Below, piece by piece: positions 26,170 through 39,984 of a DNA stretch of 64,000 bases. The notes below the pieces were generated by a model. The model was not told the DNA's origin, did not search any database, and saw nothing but the letters and a program-made list of their open reading frames with translations. The translations under genes and the position numbers were made by a program. Origin of the DNA: Octopus sinensis (taxonomy: Eukaryota); NCBI RefSeq assembly GCF_006345805.1, contig NC_042998.1, positions 71,176,001-71,240,000 on the forward strand, written 5' to 3'. Numbering within the stretch: position 1 is the first letter of the stretch; every line of letters begins with the position of its first letter.

Positions 26170-26386
26170 AACAACAAACAAGATGAGGACAAATATCCGT
26201 CAAATGTAAATAATGTAAATAATGTACATAATTCCTCATCGCTTTAACATAGAACTGTAGTTTAAAAAATATACTAGGGGTCGATACATTTGACGAAAAT
26301 TTCTTCAAGGTGGTGCTGCAGCATGGCCGCAATCTCATAACTGAAACAAATACAAGAGAAGATAAAAATTATATATATACATATCA

Positions 26387-26480
<94 letters not shown>

Positions 26481-26956
26481 TATATATTATATATATATAT
26501 ATATATATTATATATTTATATATATATATATATATTATACAATACATACATTCAAGTACAGGAGATCACCAACGAGTGAAAAATACGTAAACACACGAGG
26601 GATAAGTACAGAACAAAATACCAAAAGAAGTTTAACCACTCCTCTGTTGTCGACTGTTAATTATTCCGTATTTTGACTTTCAACGTCAAGATAGGAGACC
26701 TTCTTAAAACATCAGCATCCAGAAATTTGGAAAAATATGAAATCTGTGGAGAGTTAGAGCTTCGAAAGATCAAACAACGACAATGTGGGCATACAGTTGA
26801 CGAAGACAAACATGAAAGGCCGTTGGGCGATGCCACATTGTAATGTGTAACACCTGGGCAGAACTTTGAAAGAATATAGATTAAATAGAAGTGAAGAAAA
26901 TAGTAGAAGACAAAAAGAGGAGAGAGAAATATGACACACACACACATACACGCATA

Positions 26957-26988
<32 letters not shown>

Positions 26989-28269
26989 GTATGTATATAT
27001 ATGTAGGTGTAAGTATGTCTGTGTGTGTGTATGTGTGCGTGCAGGTATGTTATGTGTGTATTTGATTCTTTGTGTAAAAGTATTCTTCCAACGCCTATCG
27101 GAAATAGTCTGTTTTTGTAAATACAGTTTGCTGGAAGCCAAGGAAATGGCGAGATGCTGTACATAATAACAGCAGCGTCTCTGAAAACGCGGGAGATTTC
27201 AGTACTGTTCAGTTTTTAATGATGTTAGTCATCGGCGGCATGGGAAATCTGTCTGTGCATGATTTATGTTATTTTAGAATTAAGCACTGTAGGAAGTGTT
27301 CACTACGGTAAATAAGTGAGGAGAAACTGAGAGAAGGAGAAGAGAAAAAGAGGAGAGAGAGAGACAGAAAGAGAAAAAGAAGCAGAATATATATATAATG
27401 TGCGTGTATGTGTGTGTGAGAGAGAGAGCGAGAGAGAGAATTACGTGTTGACGGTTATGTGGCTTTGTAACTTAGTCAATGAAGAGTAATAACGGAAGAA
27501 GTGAGTTGGAAGAGAGGATGCATACGTCAGATTTTGTAGTATGTTGGTTTTATTATCAATTTGATAACTATAAAACAAAGCTCTTCTGTGGCTGTCCTCT
27601 TGGAATGTTTGCAAATGTCGACCAACAGCCTCGTTTCTGATTTTGTGAACGTCTGCAACGCATGTCAGGCACCTCTTACATAGCTAGAAGGTAATCATTG
27701 ATGTGTTGTAGAGATCGACACTATAATTCGGGTTAACTTTTTTTTGTTCTGAGAAGCAGCAAATGTAATTAAATTGATAGTTTTATTTCTATCTGCAACT
27801 TTTATGAGGAGAAGGTAAGTTACAAACAGTTTAGCTCATACATGCTACAGGATTTAGAGACGTTGGTTAGATTGTCAAGGAGGAAATGAATTAGATATAC
27901 AATGTCCCTGCATATTGGCCTTACACTTTTCAGTCTTAGCTACGATCTGTATTATATTTAGTAGAAGTGCTCAGTGTATGGAGAAATACGTTATTAAAAA
28001 TGCCCTCCTAAAGACCGTAAGAAGTGGCTCCTGTGATATCTTGCAGCTATTTCATGCACGTCGATCGACACCGTGGATAATCCATCATTGAGTTGCTTCT
28101 AATGCGTTGATAACACCTTTTATCAATTCAAAATGAACAATTATACTACACCATCTAGAAAAGTACATATAATAGAAATATTAAAATTAAAATAACAATA
28201 AAATGTCAATGATTAAGTAAATTGCCAAAACAATGATAATAAAATAACAATAAAATAACAAATATATAT

Positions 28270-28905
28270 AACAACATCAGAGACTTGGGAGTAACAGTGG
28301 AGAACAACATAAGCTGGGCTACACTTATAAGCAGCAAAGTTGACGTGGCCCGCAGAATGTGTTCCTGGATTCTCAGAACCTTTCAGTCGAGAGATTCCCA
28401 CACCATTATCCTTCTCTTCTCCACTTTTGCCTGACTCCACCTTGAATACTGCTGTCCACTGTTGTCTCCCTACACGAAACAAAATATTATGAGAATTGAA
28501 GCTCCCCAAAGGTCAATCGCATAAAAGATAGATGGCATGTCAGACCTCGACTACTGGGGTAGACTAGAAAAGCTGAAACTGTATTTACTCCAACGACGCC
28601 GTGAACGCTACATTATCTGTATGGTGTGGAAAATATTCCATCAGCACTGTCCGAATGATGTTGGCATCACCTTCAAAATACATCCAAGGCTTGGACCAGT
28701 GCCATCTGTCCACGACAAAAATCTAAATCGCATCTCATAACAACAATTCGGCACAATTATTTCACCTCCTATTGGACCCGCTCTCTTCAACATTACACCA
28801 GGACACATCAAAACAGAAACTGACCACACCAAATTCAAGAAGTCTTTGGACAATTCCTTCAAGTTAGACATGGCCTGGGCCAATACTGGCCAAAACCTTT
28901 CTAAG
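28270..28905 (+). mobile_element. CR1-group LINE, RT C-terminal fragment and 3' end
   Basis: NNIRDLGVTVENNISW...ILRTFQSRD...LHLEYCCPLLSP...LDYWGRLEKLKLYLLQRRRERY; stops and frameshifts present. Confidence 0.85.
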
Positions 28906-28974
28906 TTATTCTAAGTTATATATATAGTATATATATATATATATTATATATATATATTATATATATATTATATA

Positions 28975-29033
<59 letters not shown>

Positions 29034-30235
29034 TGTGTGTATGATGATTGCTTTTTCGCATAAGTATAAAAGTCTTTGTGTGTGTGATTTTCAGAGAAAC
29101 AGCGACCAGAATACATACCAATGTGTATATATATTTCTGACAAATATAGATTACATAAGAGTTTGTATGACATATACGTGGGAGTTCTTATATTTGTGTA
29201 TGGGAGACAATGTTGTCTGAATTTCTATTCTGAAGCTCGTAGTGCATTGAAGTTTTATCTTTGTAAGTTTAATAAGTCTCCTAGCTTCGCATCAGCATTA
29301 GGCATTTTGGTGCCTTTAACGAAGCACAGGCAGATGCAAGCATTTGGGTCGGCTTTTTGATGTGAGCATAACTTTCTCAGTTTCTTCCACCATGCTCTGG
29401 GGCCCACCATATAAGGGCTAAACTAACACTTTTCCATTGATTAAATCAAATGGGCTTAGAGAAAGTGTGCATATATACAAACGTTTTTGAAGTAGGTTTA
29501 GAAAGACTGAAGGTTGTATAATCGACATCAGGGTGTTTGTATAATTTTTAAAAGTGGGAAAGCCAATAATGTACAGCATTAAGTGTGTCCGAATCATAAT
29601 AAATTACTAACGGTTCATACTGTTTAGTCTTCCTGTCAGCAACCTAATTATTTGATTCACTTCAATTATTTTATGTAAATTGCTTTATGGTATTCACCAT
29701 GTTTAATTCATCTAACCAATTTTCAACTTGTCTATATTCATATATTCCATATATAGCACAAGGCATACATAGTATTGTAATGTTTATACATATTCACAAC
29801 ACACACTAAAGAGACATCTGTCTCTCTCTCTCTCTCTCTCTTTCAGTCTCTATCTGTATATACATAACGATATCTCCGTGTTTATTGTTATATAAAAGCA
29901 ATGCATTTCCTTTTTATAACCCCCACAGACACACACACATTCAAACCCATACCCATGAGAATACATGTATAAAACAAAATATACAAAGCTGCACATATAC
30001 ATACTTGCAAAAATGTTCTGTTGCTGTTGTTGACATTCCAATGAAGTAACCTTGCATTTAGGTTATAAACCGGCTCTTGAAATTGGACTAAATAATAACA
30101 CTCCTCCCCAATATATATATTTATAAATATATATATTATAATATATATATACATATATACTGCTCTTTCTAGCACAACCCTTTCCATTTGGAGCCTCTTA
30201 TTGTATTTCTCTCTCTCTCTCTACTCTCTTTCTCC

Positions 30236-30281
<46 letters not shown>

Positions 30282-30419
30282 CCATCATTACCATCACGTG
30301 ACCGACCAGTCGATCAGATGTAGTTACACATCGCTGGTCACAATGCGTTCGCATTGTTTTAGCCTTCGAATGACGCCACCCCGCTGGCTAAGCGAGCAGT
30401 TCAATATATATATATATAT

Positions 30420-30454
<35 letters not shown>

Positions 30455-30803
30455 ATGTATGTATACGGTTTGCTTCAACTTGAGTTAGACGACACTGCAA
30501 TCTTCTGGTGAGGACTGCTACAACTTCATATTGGTGACGTATTTATATTCTTTCGTTGGTGTTTGTGCGATGATACTTTTGTTTGTTCATTGGGTAGGAT
30601 TTCGTTTCTTTCATGGGATGTTCTTCTGGCCTTTTCTTTGTTTCTTTATGTAATTTTACCTAACATGGTGTTTGAATTACTCCCAAATTTAGGTGAAAGT
30701 GTGTGGTATTAACTTCAGTTCTATGTTTAAGAGATGGGGAATAATGTACATTATTTACACTAGTTACATTTGACGGATATCTTTACTCACATTCTTTCTT
30801 TTT

Positions 30804-30849
30804 AACACAACGTTTCGGCTGATATACCCTCCAACCTTCATCAGGTGTC
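30804..30849 (-). ncRNA. Minimal type I hammerhead ribozyme motif
   Basis: Reverse complement GACAC CTGATGA A GGTTG GAGGGTATAT CAGCC GAAAC GTT GTGTT (G-U wobble in stem II). Confidence 0.7.
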
Positions 30850-30936
30850 TTGGTAAAATTTCAAACATGGGTTCTCATAGCTAAGGTATTTTTCGATGTT
30901 GTTGTTGTTATAATAATAATAATAATAATAATAATA

Positions 30937-30988
<52 letters not shown>

Positions 30989-31129
30989 TATTATTATCAT
31001 CATCATCATTATTATCATTATTATTATTATTATTATTATTTTATTATTATTATTATTATTATATTACTATATATTATTATTATATTATTATTATATTATT
31101 ATTATTATATTATCATTATCATTATTTAT

Positions 31130-31205
31130 TCGGGTCACTGCCTGGAATCGAACTCGGAATCTTGGGGTTAGTAATCTGCGCACTTAAACACTACGCCACT
31201 TGCCC
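31130..31205 (-). pseudogene. tRNA-Arg-like SINE head (pseudo-tRNA, Pol III A/B boxes)
   Basis: GGGCAAGTGGCGTAGTGTTTAAGTGCGCAGATTACTAACCCCAAGATTCCGAGTTCGATTCCAGGCAGTGACCCG resembles, by eye, eukaryotic tRNA-Arg(ACG); the anticodon arm is broken. Confidence 0.65.
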
Positions 31206-31240
31206 TTAGGAATAAGAACCCAGGTTCGAAATTTCCCCAA

Positions 31241-31286
31241 GACACCTGATGAAGGCTGGACGGTATATCAGCCGAAACGTTGTGTT
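31241..31286 (+). ncRNA. Minimal type I hammerhead ribozyme motif
   Basis: GACAC CTGATGA A GGCTG GACGGTATAT CAGCC GAAAC GTT GTGTT: all core nucleotides and both helices intact. Confidence 0.75.
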
Positions 31287-32374
31287 AACAGCAAACAAGA
31301 TGAGGACAAATATCCGTCAAATATAAATAATGTAAATAATGTGGTATTAACTTATTTAGGTTACCTTGGTGAGTCGGTGATCGAGCTTTTTTTCGTGGTG
31401 TGAGTGTGAGTGTTAAGTTTTCAAATAAATAATAAATGTCATTTATGAGATCGGTTGTTCATGAATTTGATGTATCTTCGGGTGATCATTATGGGTTATT
31501 TGTTAAAGAAACTAACGTAATATCTACTGAGATTAGTATAACCCTATTAAATAGCACTTTCACCAATGAAGATTGTTTTGTTTTCGGAATTCGGTTTCTC
31601 AATTCTTAGGAAAAGGAAGCTGAGTTAATGATTGTATGAGTGTGTTTTTATGTGAGTGTATGTGTGTGTATGTGTGTGTGTGTGTCTGTGTGTACGGGCG
31701 GTAATTAGGATTTTGTTTTTTGTACGGATATTTATTCGAGGAAAAAAAGGTTTGGGTGAACGTGTGAATGGTAGATGGTGATCATCCGACGGTGGTATGC
31801 TGTTATGTAAATATGAGATGTTACTTTCTTTTTCCAATGGTCATAGAACACAAATATGTGTTTATGAAAGGGAAAAATCCACATATACAAAACATACAAA
31901 ACGAAATATTCGTACAGGCAACACATGGCATAACTTCTTAAAGAAGAAGCATAGACATATACCAACGAATATGCAAATGTGTTGGCATATGCACACAGTT
32001 ATACAAACCCAAACAACAGAAACAACAATGCATCACTAGGCATCGCATATACTATACGCTCAGCGAACACAGATAATTTATCAAAGCAGGAAAAATATTT
32101 CGTCCTACCTAAAACAAAATCTCTTTGCAGTAGTACCAAAGACACACATGAATATAAACATAAGTAACAGATGTTTATTCATTACCACAAAAACTCACTA
32201 CACCAAAACCATTCGGTTATAAAAACTCTATTCACGAAAATATGTCTATTGACAAACATGTCCATAAATTCGTAGCTAACATTGCTTCATAAACATTCGC
32301 TAAGAAACTTATTGCGCCTCCCGGAGACAATTTATTATTTATTTACTTTGACCAACATGGAGATTCAGTGGTTA

Positions 32375-32720
<346 letters not shown>

Positions 32721-33866
32721 AAGGTCTTCTATGACTACTCGCATAACCGTAGCACAACACGGTTATGCGAATACTAAAGAATACTAAAGCTCGAATACTA
32801 AAGAATACTAAAGCTCGATGGACACAATATTATTTATTGAAAACCTTGACATGCAGGCAAATACACAAATGATTAAAAACGTTCACAATCTAAAAGTGCA
32901 AGAAATCCAAATACTACAACACCAAATACTTAAAATAACAATGAAGAAGCGAAAAAACATATGACCCACAAAGTAATCAGGACCATACGCAACCAACCGC
33001 ACTTAATATAAATATAAATATAACACCAATTGAAAGTTGTTATATCGTTTGCCTGTTAATGGAGGACATGAAACATTTGACACGAAACAAACTCACAGTT
33101 TCAGTTGCTATGAAAAGCTATATATATTTTTATTTATATATCTGTGTGTGTGTGTGTGTGTACCTCTGTGCACACGTGCGTGCGTGTGTGTATATGTGTG
33201 TATGTACACACACACACACACACACAAAGAAAGGTTCTGAATTTCACTCGAAGCAAAGAAAAACATTCAAAATTGAGACAGATTACTCGTGCAGCCTAAA
33301 ACTTAATTAAGGTCATAACTTGTTAAGAATGAATATACAACTCAATAGGTCAAACAAGAATGTCTACCAGAGGGAGTACAGCAACACATAATGAACAAAT
33401 ATGTTTCTCAAGATAAGGATAAATCACAATAAGCAAACCCATGTGAGACATGGGCGGGGAATCTCCAACCAAACTTCAAAATTTACCCTCTATACAAATG
33501 CAATGAAACCAGCTTCTGTAAAACAACGCATAGCGACTTTAGTGAACAATAACAACTGCTCCTGAATATGAATATATAGGCAATTTTTGGCTATGTAACT
33601 ATTATAGTTCATAAATATATACATTTCTAATCTAAACAATTCAATTCCCAAAAATGGTTAATTACCCCGTCTGCTTCTAATAAAAATTACCACTGATTAC
33701 CTCCCCTAAAGTTTGTGAGTTGAATGGCCTATCAGGGCCATTCCTTAATATTGCTGAAATTATATATATATAGTCTGTGACTATTTTCTCTTTCTCACTG
33801 GACCGCTGGTGGCGAAAGAAATTTCTATTGAATTTTTTGCTACCCTTATATTGATTAATATATATA

Positions 33867-33897
<31 letters not shown>

Positions 33898-34633
33898 AAT
33901 AAGATTTGTGCATTTTCCTTCTTTAAATATTTTCACCGCAATTTCCTCTGTGGAAATTTTCTTGAAAATTTTCACTATATATATATACATGTATATTTAC
34001 GCGCGCGCGTGTGTGTTTATATATGTGTGTATATATATATATGTATATCTATCTATACACACATATCAAAGGAAAGATTGATCCTGTTTTAAATTATATT
34101 AAAGTATACTGGAAATAATATTCGCATACTTGCTTTCATTTGAAATTTAATTTGTTGTCTGTGAAAACTCTTAATAGTAATGATAATAATACAACCCAAT
34201 ATCAGACTAAAATATATTCACCAAATATGCATACTGTTATATATATAGTACACTTGCTAACAATATAATTCATAACTGAAAAGAAGTTATGACAGTTAAG
34301 CTTGCCTAATGAATTAATATATATCTCTCTCTGTCTGTGTCTATCTGTATGTCTCCTTCTCTCTTTCTATATATATATATATATATATACGCTTCACTAT
34401 AAACACGCATACATACGTTCACACATTGTCAGCTTCAAATACTTCCTACTCCTAATTATTTTGCTCTTAATTTGTTTCACCTCATCAATGGCAATAACTA
34501 ATCATCTCATTTCGCAATTTTTGTTACATATCCTGGAAAAAAAGTAAATTAAAAAAAAAGTCAAATCTATTGAATATTTTATTATTTTTCTCATTTCTTA
34601 TGATGATGTTGCTGTTGTTGTTGTTGTTATTAC

Positions 34634-34704
<71 letters not shown>

Positions 34705-35039
34705 TTTATTTTTATTTTTATTTTTTTTTAAATTATATTTTTGAGTTATTTTTTCATATTTTCCTGTGAATATCTGGCTACTTATTTAAAACTGTAAATT
34801 TCCTAAATCCATCATTACCGTGACTGATGATGTACAAGCGTAGCTATAAAAATTCAAATTCCGGTAATAAATAGTAAACAGAATTTGGTGATAACGTGTA
34901 AGGAAGCGAAATTTGCCTACCTTACAAGTTAGAGTTACACATGCTAATTACATTTACCATCCTGAATTGCAGACTGCGAAAAGTTTATGAGTTATTTAAG
35001 TTCTTTATTGTGCCACTTTGACTGAAATATATGTTTCGA

Positions 35040-35283
<244 letters not shown>

Positions 35284-35299
35284 GCACATGGCTAGTAAA

Positions 35300-35395
35300 G
35301 TTCGGGGAAGTGGTCAGTTGTTTACATCGGCTCCAGTGCTTAACTAGTACTTATATTACCGACACCGAAATGATGAAAAGCAAAGTTATCCATGC
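35300..35395 (-). mobile_element. SINE fragment (22942 family)
   Basis: TAGTACTTATATTACCGACACCGAAATGATGAAAAGCAAAGTT, a degenerate version of the family core. Confidence 0.5.
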
Positions 35396-35711
35396 CCAAG
35401 CTCTGTAGATGCTCTTGTTCAACGGGTATTTCTTCTGAAACATTGTTCAACGGGTATACTCGTTGTTATGTTCAAAAGAAACAACATAGTCCTTTGTTGT
35501 TCTTTTGCACTGCCGTTGTAATTCCTCTTCTCCAATCTTTTCTATACACTTTTTAATCTTAGTTATATATATATACCCTTTTTATATAATTTCATTTCTC
35601 TGGCTCATACCTAATATAACATTCAAAGAATAATTTGTTGTTCTGTTTTGCCTATATTGATCTCCTTTCTTATTGTGAGTCTACAGTAGCCTTATACACT
35701 CGGGCCTACGC

Positions 35712-36420
35712 TTTACTTACCTAGGAAGGAAGGTGAAGGAGGAATGGTTTAGGTAAAAGATTGTGTTATGAAGGAGATGACGTTCTTGCACGTCCATTTG
35801 AGAAATAGCAATGAAAGAATGTTTCAGACTGCACTGAATGAGAAGGTACTCAGTGACAATGGTGAATCCCTCCAGTAGTTCAAAATGAGGACTAATAATG
35901 GAAATATCATCAAGTAGAAAGAGAAAATCCTACACGAAGAGTTTTTCCAGTAAACATCGGATGAAGCTGATGAAGAATCCATAGATTTTTAAAGAAGGGG
36001 ACAAAGAACCTGATCCTTGATACTCAATATCAAACTCTGTAAACCAACTAAATCAAGTGTAGCGTTGATGAGACAGCATTCTCATCTTTATGTAGATTAT
36101 CCGAAAATCCGAAAATGCAAAAAATCCATGATAAAGTAGCCGTGCGAATACAGTAGGAAATGTGCAGGAAGTACGGGCTAGAATGTGCCAACAAATGGTA
36201 TTAACAACACCTCTGCCAGTAGCAGAGAACAAGTTGCTCATCTACACAGATAAGACACTAACATAAGTGACTAAATGTCACTCTCCTAGGGAAGGGGTCC
36301 AAAAAATGGATCTTCGCCGAAGTAGCTATATCCTCAGATCAGAATTCTGTAACGACCAGAAACGAGGAAGTAAAAAAATACCAAGAACCAGTAATAGGAT
36401 TGAAAGGCATCGATAAAACT
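35712..36420 (+). mobile_element. R4/Dong-clade LINE, decayed C-terminal region
   Basis: YLPRKEGEGGMV*VKDCV...KEKILHEEF...HDKVAVRIQ*EMCRKYGLECANKWY...IYTDKTL...KKWIFAEVAISSDQN...EEVKKYQE (thumb, knuckle flank and RLE motifs). Confidence 0.7.
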
Positions 36421-36671
36421 TCATAGGAAATAGTTGCCTCTTGAGACTGCGGGAATGAAATAAGATGTGACATAGATAGCTCGGGAATGGAAAGGTAAAG
36501 AATAAATAGGAACAAAAATAAACACTCTTTCCATGATATTTTGATGTAGCGTTGCTTGTGTATTACATCAACCTCTGTTCAACTGGTACCTATTTTTTCG
36601 ACCACAGGGAAATTCAACTTCAGCGTAAATTCAATTCAAAATATGAAGTAGGAAGAAATGCCACTAAGATT

Positions 36672-36912
36672 CTTACCATCCTGTCACACTTATTGGCTTC
36701 AAATTTGGCACAAGGCCAGTAATTTCGGGTTTAAGTAAACAAAATCGTCCCTAGTTCGACCCCAGCATTCAAGTGGTACTTGTTGTATGGACCCCGAAAG
36801 GATGAAAGCCAAAGTCGACCACGGAGGGAATTCATTTCAGAAAATGAAAACGGACGAAATGCTGCTCAGCATTTTGTTCGACATGTTAATGATTATTCCA
36901 TCTTGCCACCCT
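36672..36912 (-). mobile_element. SINE (22942 family)
   Basis: GACCCCGAAAGGATGAAAGCCAAAGTCGACC core plus GGCACAAGGCCAG 3' region. Confidence 0.7.
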
Positions 36913-39604
36913 AATAATATTAAAGGCAGTTCTATAAATCGGAAAAGATTCTATCTGAATATATTTTGGTCTTTGTATTCTAATTTCAATTTTTTTCTTT
37001 GCCTATTTGTGTCGATTAAACACCACAACCTGAAACGATGGGTGACTTCAACGAAACCCAATCTTTTGAAAGCAACCAGATCAATTTTCCCGATTGAGTA
37101 AATCTTCCTTATACTCTGTCACAACTTTCGAGACCTTGTCAGAAGTTATAGGTACAAACATCTTACCTAATACGTGTACGGAAAAAATATCACCATCAAT
37201 AAATCATTGTACGCCGCGAAAAGTGGCAACGTAAAACTTGAAGGGAATTGCTATTGTTACAGTTAAAGACCCAATTGTTCTACTGTTTTTTTTTATCATT
37301 CTGCACTCCGTTTGACTATTACCCCTTACATGCATATATTTATATACACACACTCCCGGCGGCCGTAGCAGACAGGTTGCCTCCGTCAACGATATAAATA
37401 AGAATAGATATGATATATTCTCTTAAGGTAAATAACGCATTATTTACATCCACGTTAAGTTGGAGATAAAGATCCGTGTATTCATACTGCTTCTGTCGCT
37501 TTTAATTATTTTTCACACATACCCACCTACGTATATATCAGTAGCTAACATTCAAATATTTTCAAGGTAAATAATATCTTTCGTTTTAAGCGATTAAAGA
37601 CCAATTTCAAATCTATAAATAGCAGCAAATAATCCTCAACAAATTTTGATTCGAGCTCAATCATTCAGCGAATTTCTTAGCAACTTTTATACTTTTATAC
37701 CAGTTAAAAAATAAAATGTAATTGAACGTTATGTGTGGAGATAAGCTCAGAAAATGATATTTTTATGGAAAATTTAGAATGTTCTTTTCCATGTGTCTAC
37801 ATATGTGCGTTTAGGTATGCGTGTGTTTTAGCAGGCATTAATTATCAAGTTTCTTTTTTCCATTTACACACTTATATTCTAGTCACACCCCAACCTAATA
37901 GCTTTTAAAACGTTAAGGTGTTAAGAGAAAATTACACAAAGGATTAGTGACAAGGATTTCAATTAAAAATTCATAAGGAGTTTCAAGTAAGCCATACAAG
38001 ATAATCCCTAAAATGTTTAAAAATAACATTCACCGACATAGCATAGCAGTCGCTTTTACCAAGTCACTCAGAGAAAAGGGAAGAAAATTTGAAAAAATTA
38101 TGAATGATTTCATGTGATTGGAGAAAGGAATACCTGATATTGATTTCGGAGGCAGATCACATTAAAACGTTTCAAAAACATGAAGGCCTTTAAAATATTT
38201 AGTAAGAGCTAAAAACAATCTTAGTTCGAGAGAATTTGCATAAATAAAAAGTAGAGGAGGAGGGATGAAGTTGCTCAAACAGGCCACTGGCTTAATTTGA
38301 CTACATTACTCGATGAAATAGTGCACTGAGTAACTTTTATAAGAAATTCGTAATTTTTGAACATTTCCTTAAAAGACAGAAACCGTAAACAACATACTAC
38401 GTTGAACGCTATGTCAGCTTATCACACACACTGTGAAAGTCAGAGCTGCCAGAAGGGCGAAAGATATAAGTATAACGGAATTTTGGGGTATAAAATATAT
38501 CTATTTACGTTATATTTCAAATTGAGTGAATGAGATAATGCTTAATCAGCAGCGTAACCCATATTATGCGCGCGCACACACACAAGCACGCATATTTGTA
38601 TACATGGTTGTAAGCGAGTGTGCGCCTGTGTATAAATGCATAACTTACGTGCTCTCTAAATCACTTCATATCCTTGATATTGAACGATTTCATTTGTCAT
38701 TTCTAACTATCAATTTCTGCTTAAATCCTCTATTTATTCTGATCGATAGCAACATGTTTCCCAATAATACTTGTGACTCTATTATCTCGCCCACCAGCGC
38801 AGGGCCAATTTAGTAGCGAACATATCCTCTCCGTTTCTTTCTGATGCCGCATCTTTCGCTATTGATTACAGAAAATTGCTTAGACGCTGTTAAACATGAC
38901 AATTTATTTTTGCTGACGATACGAATAAATTACATTTCACGATTTGCCATTATCTTATCAATGGAATATTTAATGCCAATGCAAAATATGCTGAATATCG
39001 GAAATTGGAAACAATATTCATTAATGTGTTGTTCATTTTGCTCAATGAAGCATATCGCGTGTATAGTAGAAATAATTACGCGTATTCGAGGCGGCTCACT
39101 CAGCACCGAAAGAGTTATACATATAAATTGGAATGATTTCCATATCTGTTGGTAGTTAAGATGATGATACACAACTTGATGTTTGATATTATGCCACTGA
39201 TATATTCCGCAACAGAAATGTCTTTGATTTTTATATTTTTTCAGTTTATTATGCTGTTTTGCTTTTTTCTTTCTTTGTTAATTTCACTATCAACTGAAAT
39301 AAAATGATTTCTATTGTGATGAATGACTGGTTAGATAGAGAAATACTTTTCTGTGCACACTGAATATATGAGATTGATTGACGGGACATTACCTATTAGT
39401 TATATCACGAAATTAAATTGCCTTGACATTATGACCCATGTCATCCGATTCCACGTATTAATTTGAAAATTAATTCATTTAGATTACAGGTGCATATATA
39501 TTGTTCTTTAATATAAATTCGTTTCATGTTTAACGAATTTTCACTTCCTTTATTCATTACTTCAAACTAGCCTCAACATACCAAATCTCTTATGCTTATG
39601 CTTA

Positions 39605-39855
<251 letters not shown>

Positions 39856-39984
39856 CCATCGAGCCAAGTCATACTGCTATAATGATAATAATAATAATAA
39901 TGATAATATTAATAATAATAACAACAACAATAACAATAAACAGCAAAACTAACAACAACAAATACAACAACAATAATAATAAAA

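Larger units (their letters stand above)
25354..26260 (+). mobile_element. Composite insertion: inverted hammerhead tail - (CTT)n/(ATT)n - R4/Dong 3' end - (AAT)n - hammerhead tail; 13-bp TSD
   Basis: TTTAAAAAATATA at 25341-25353 and 26261-26273; tails at 25354-25480 (minus) and 26073-26257 (plus). Confidence 0.8.
25245..26350 (+). mobile_element. SINE split by the 25354-26260 insertion
   Basis: Left piece ends GATAGAATAAATACCAGGCTTTAAAAAATATA; right piece resumes TTTAAAAAATATACTAGGGGTCGAT..GGTGGTGCTGCAGCATGGCCGCA..CTGAAACAA. The same 3' motif occurs at ~1470-1515. Confidence 0.6.
30716..31339 (-). mobile_element. Composite SINE: inverted tail + tRNA-like head + (AAT)n + hammerhead tail; 14-bp TSD
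   Basis: TGTGGTATTAACTT at 30702-30715 and 31340-31353; head 31130-31205; microsatellite ~30897-31130; tail 30716-30897; inverted tail 31206-31339. Confidence 0.85.

Noticed and set aside
32768-32818. 24-bp tandem duplication (AATACTAAAGAATACTAAAGCTCG x2); similar short duplications at 12960-13003 and 35415-35457
   Set aside because: Ordinary slippage duplications with no spacer array, so not CRISPR-like.
38780-38850. GC-enriched patch with CCAAT as a promoter
   Set aside because: Short motifs are expected by chance and no downstream gene is supported.
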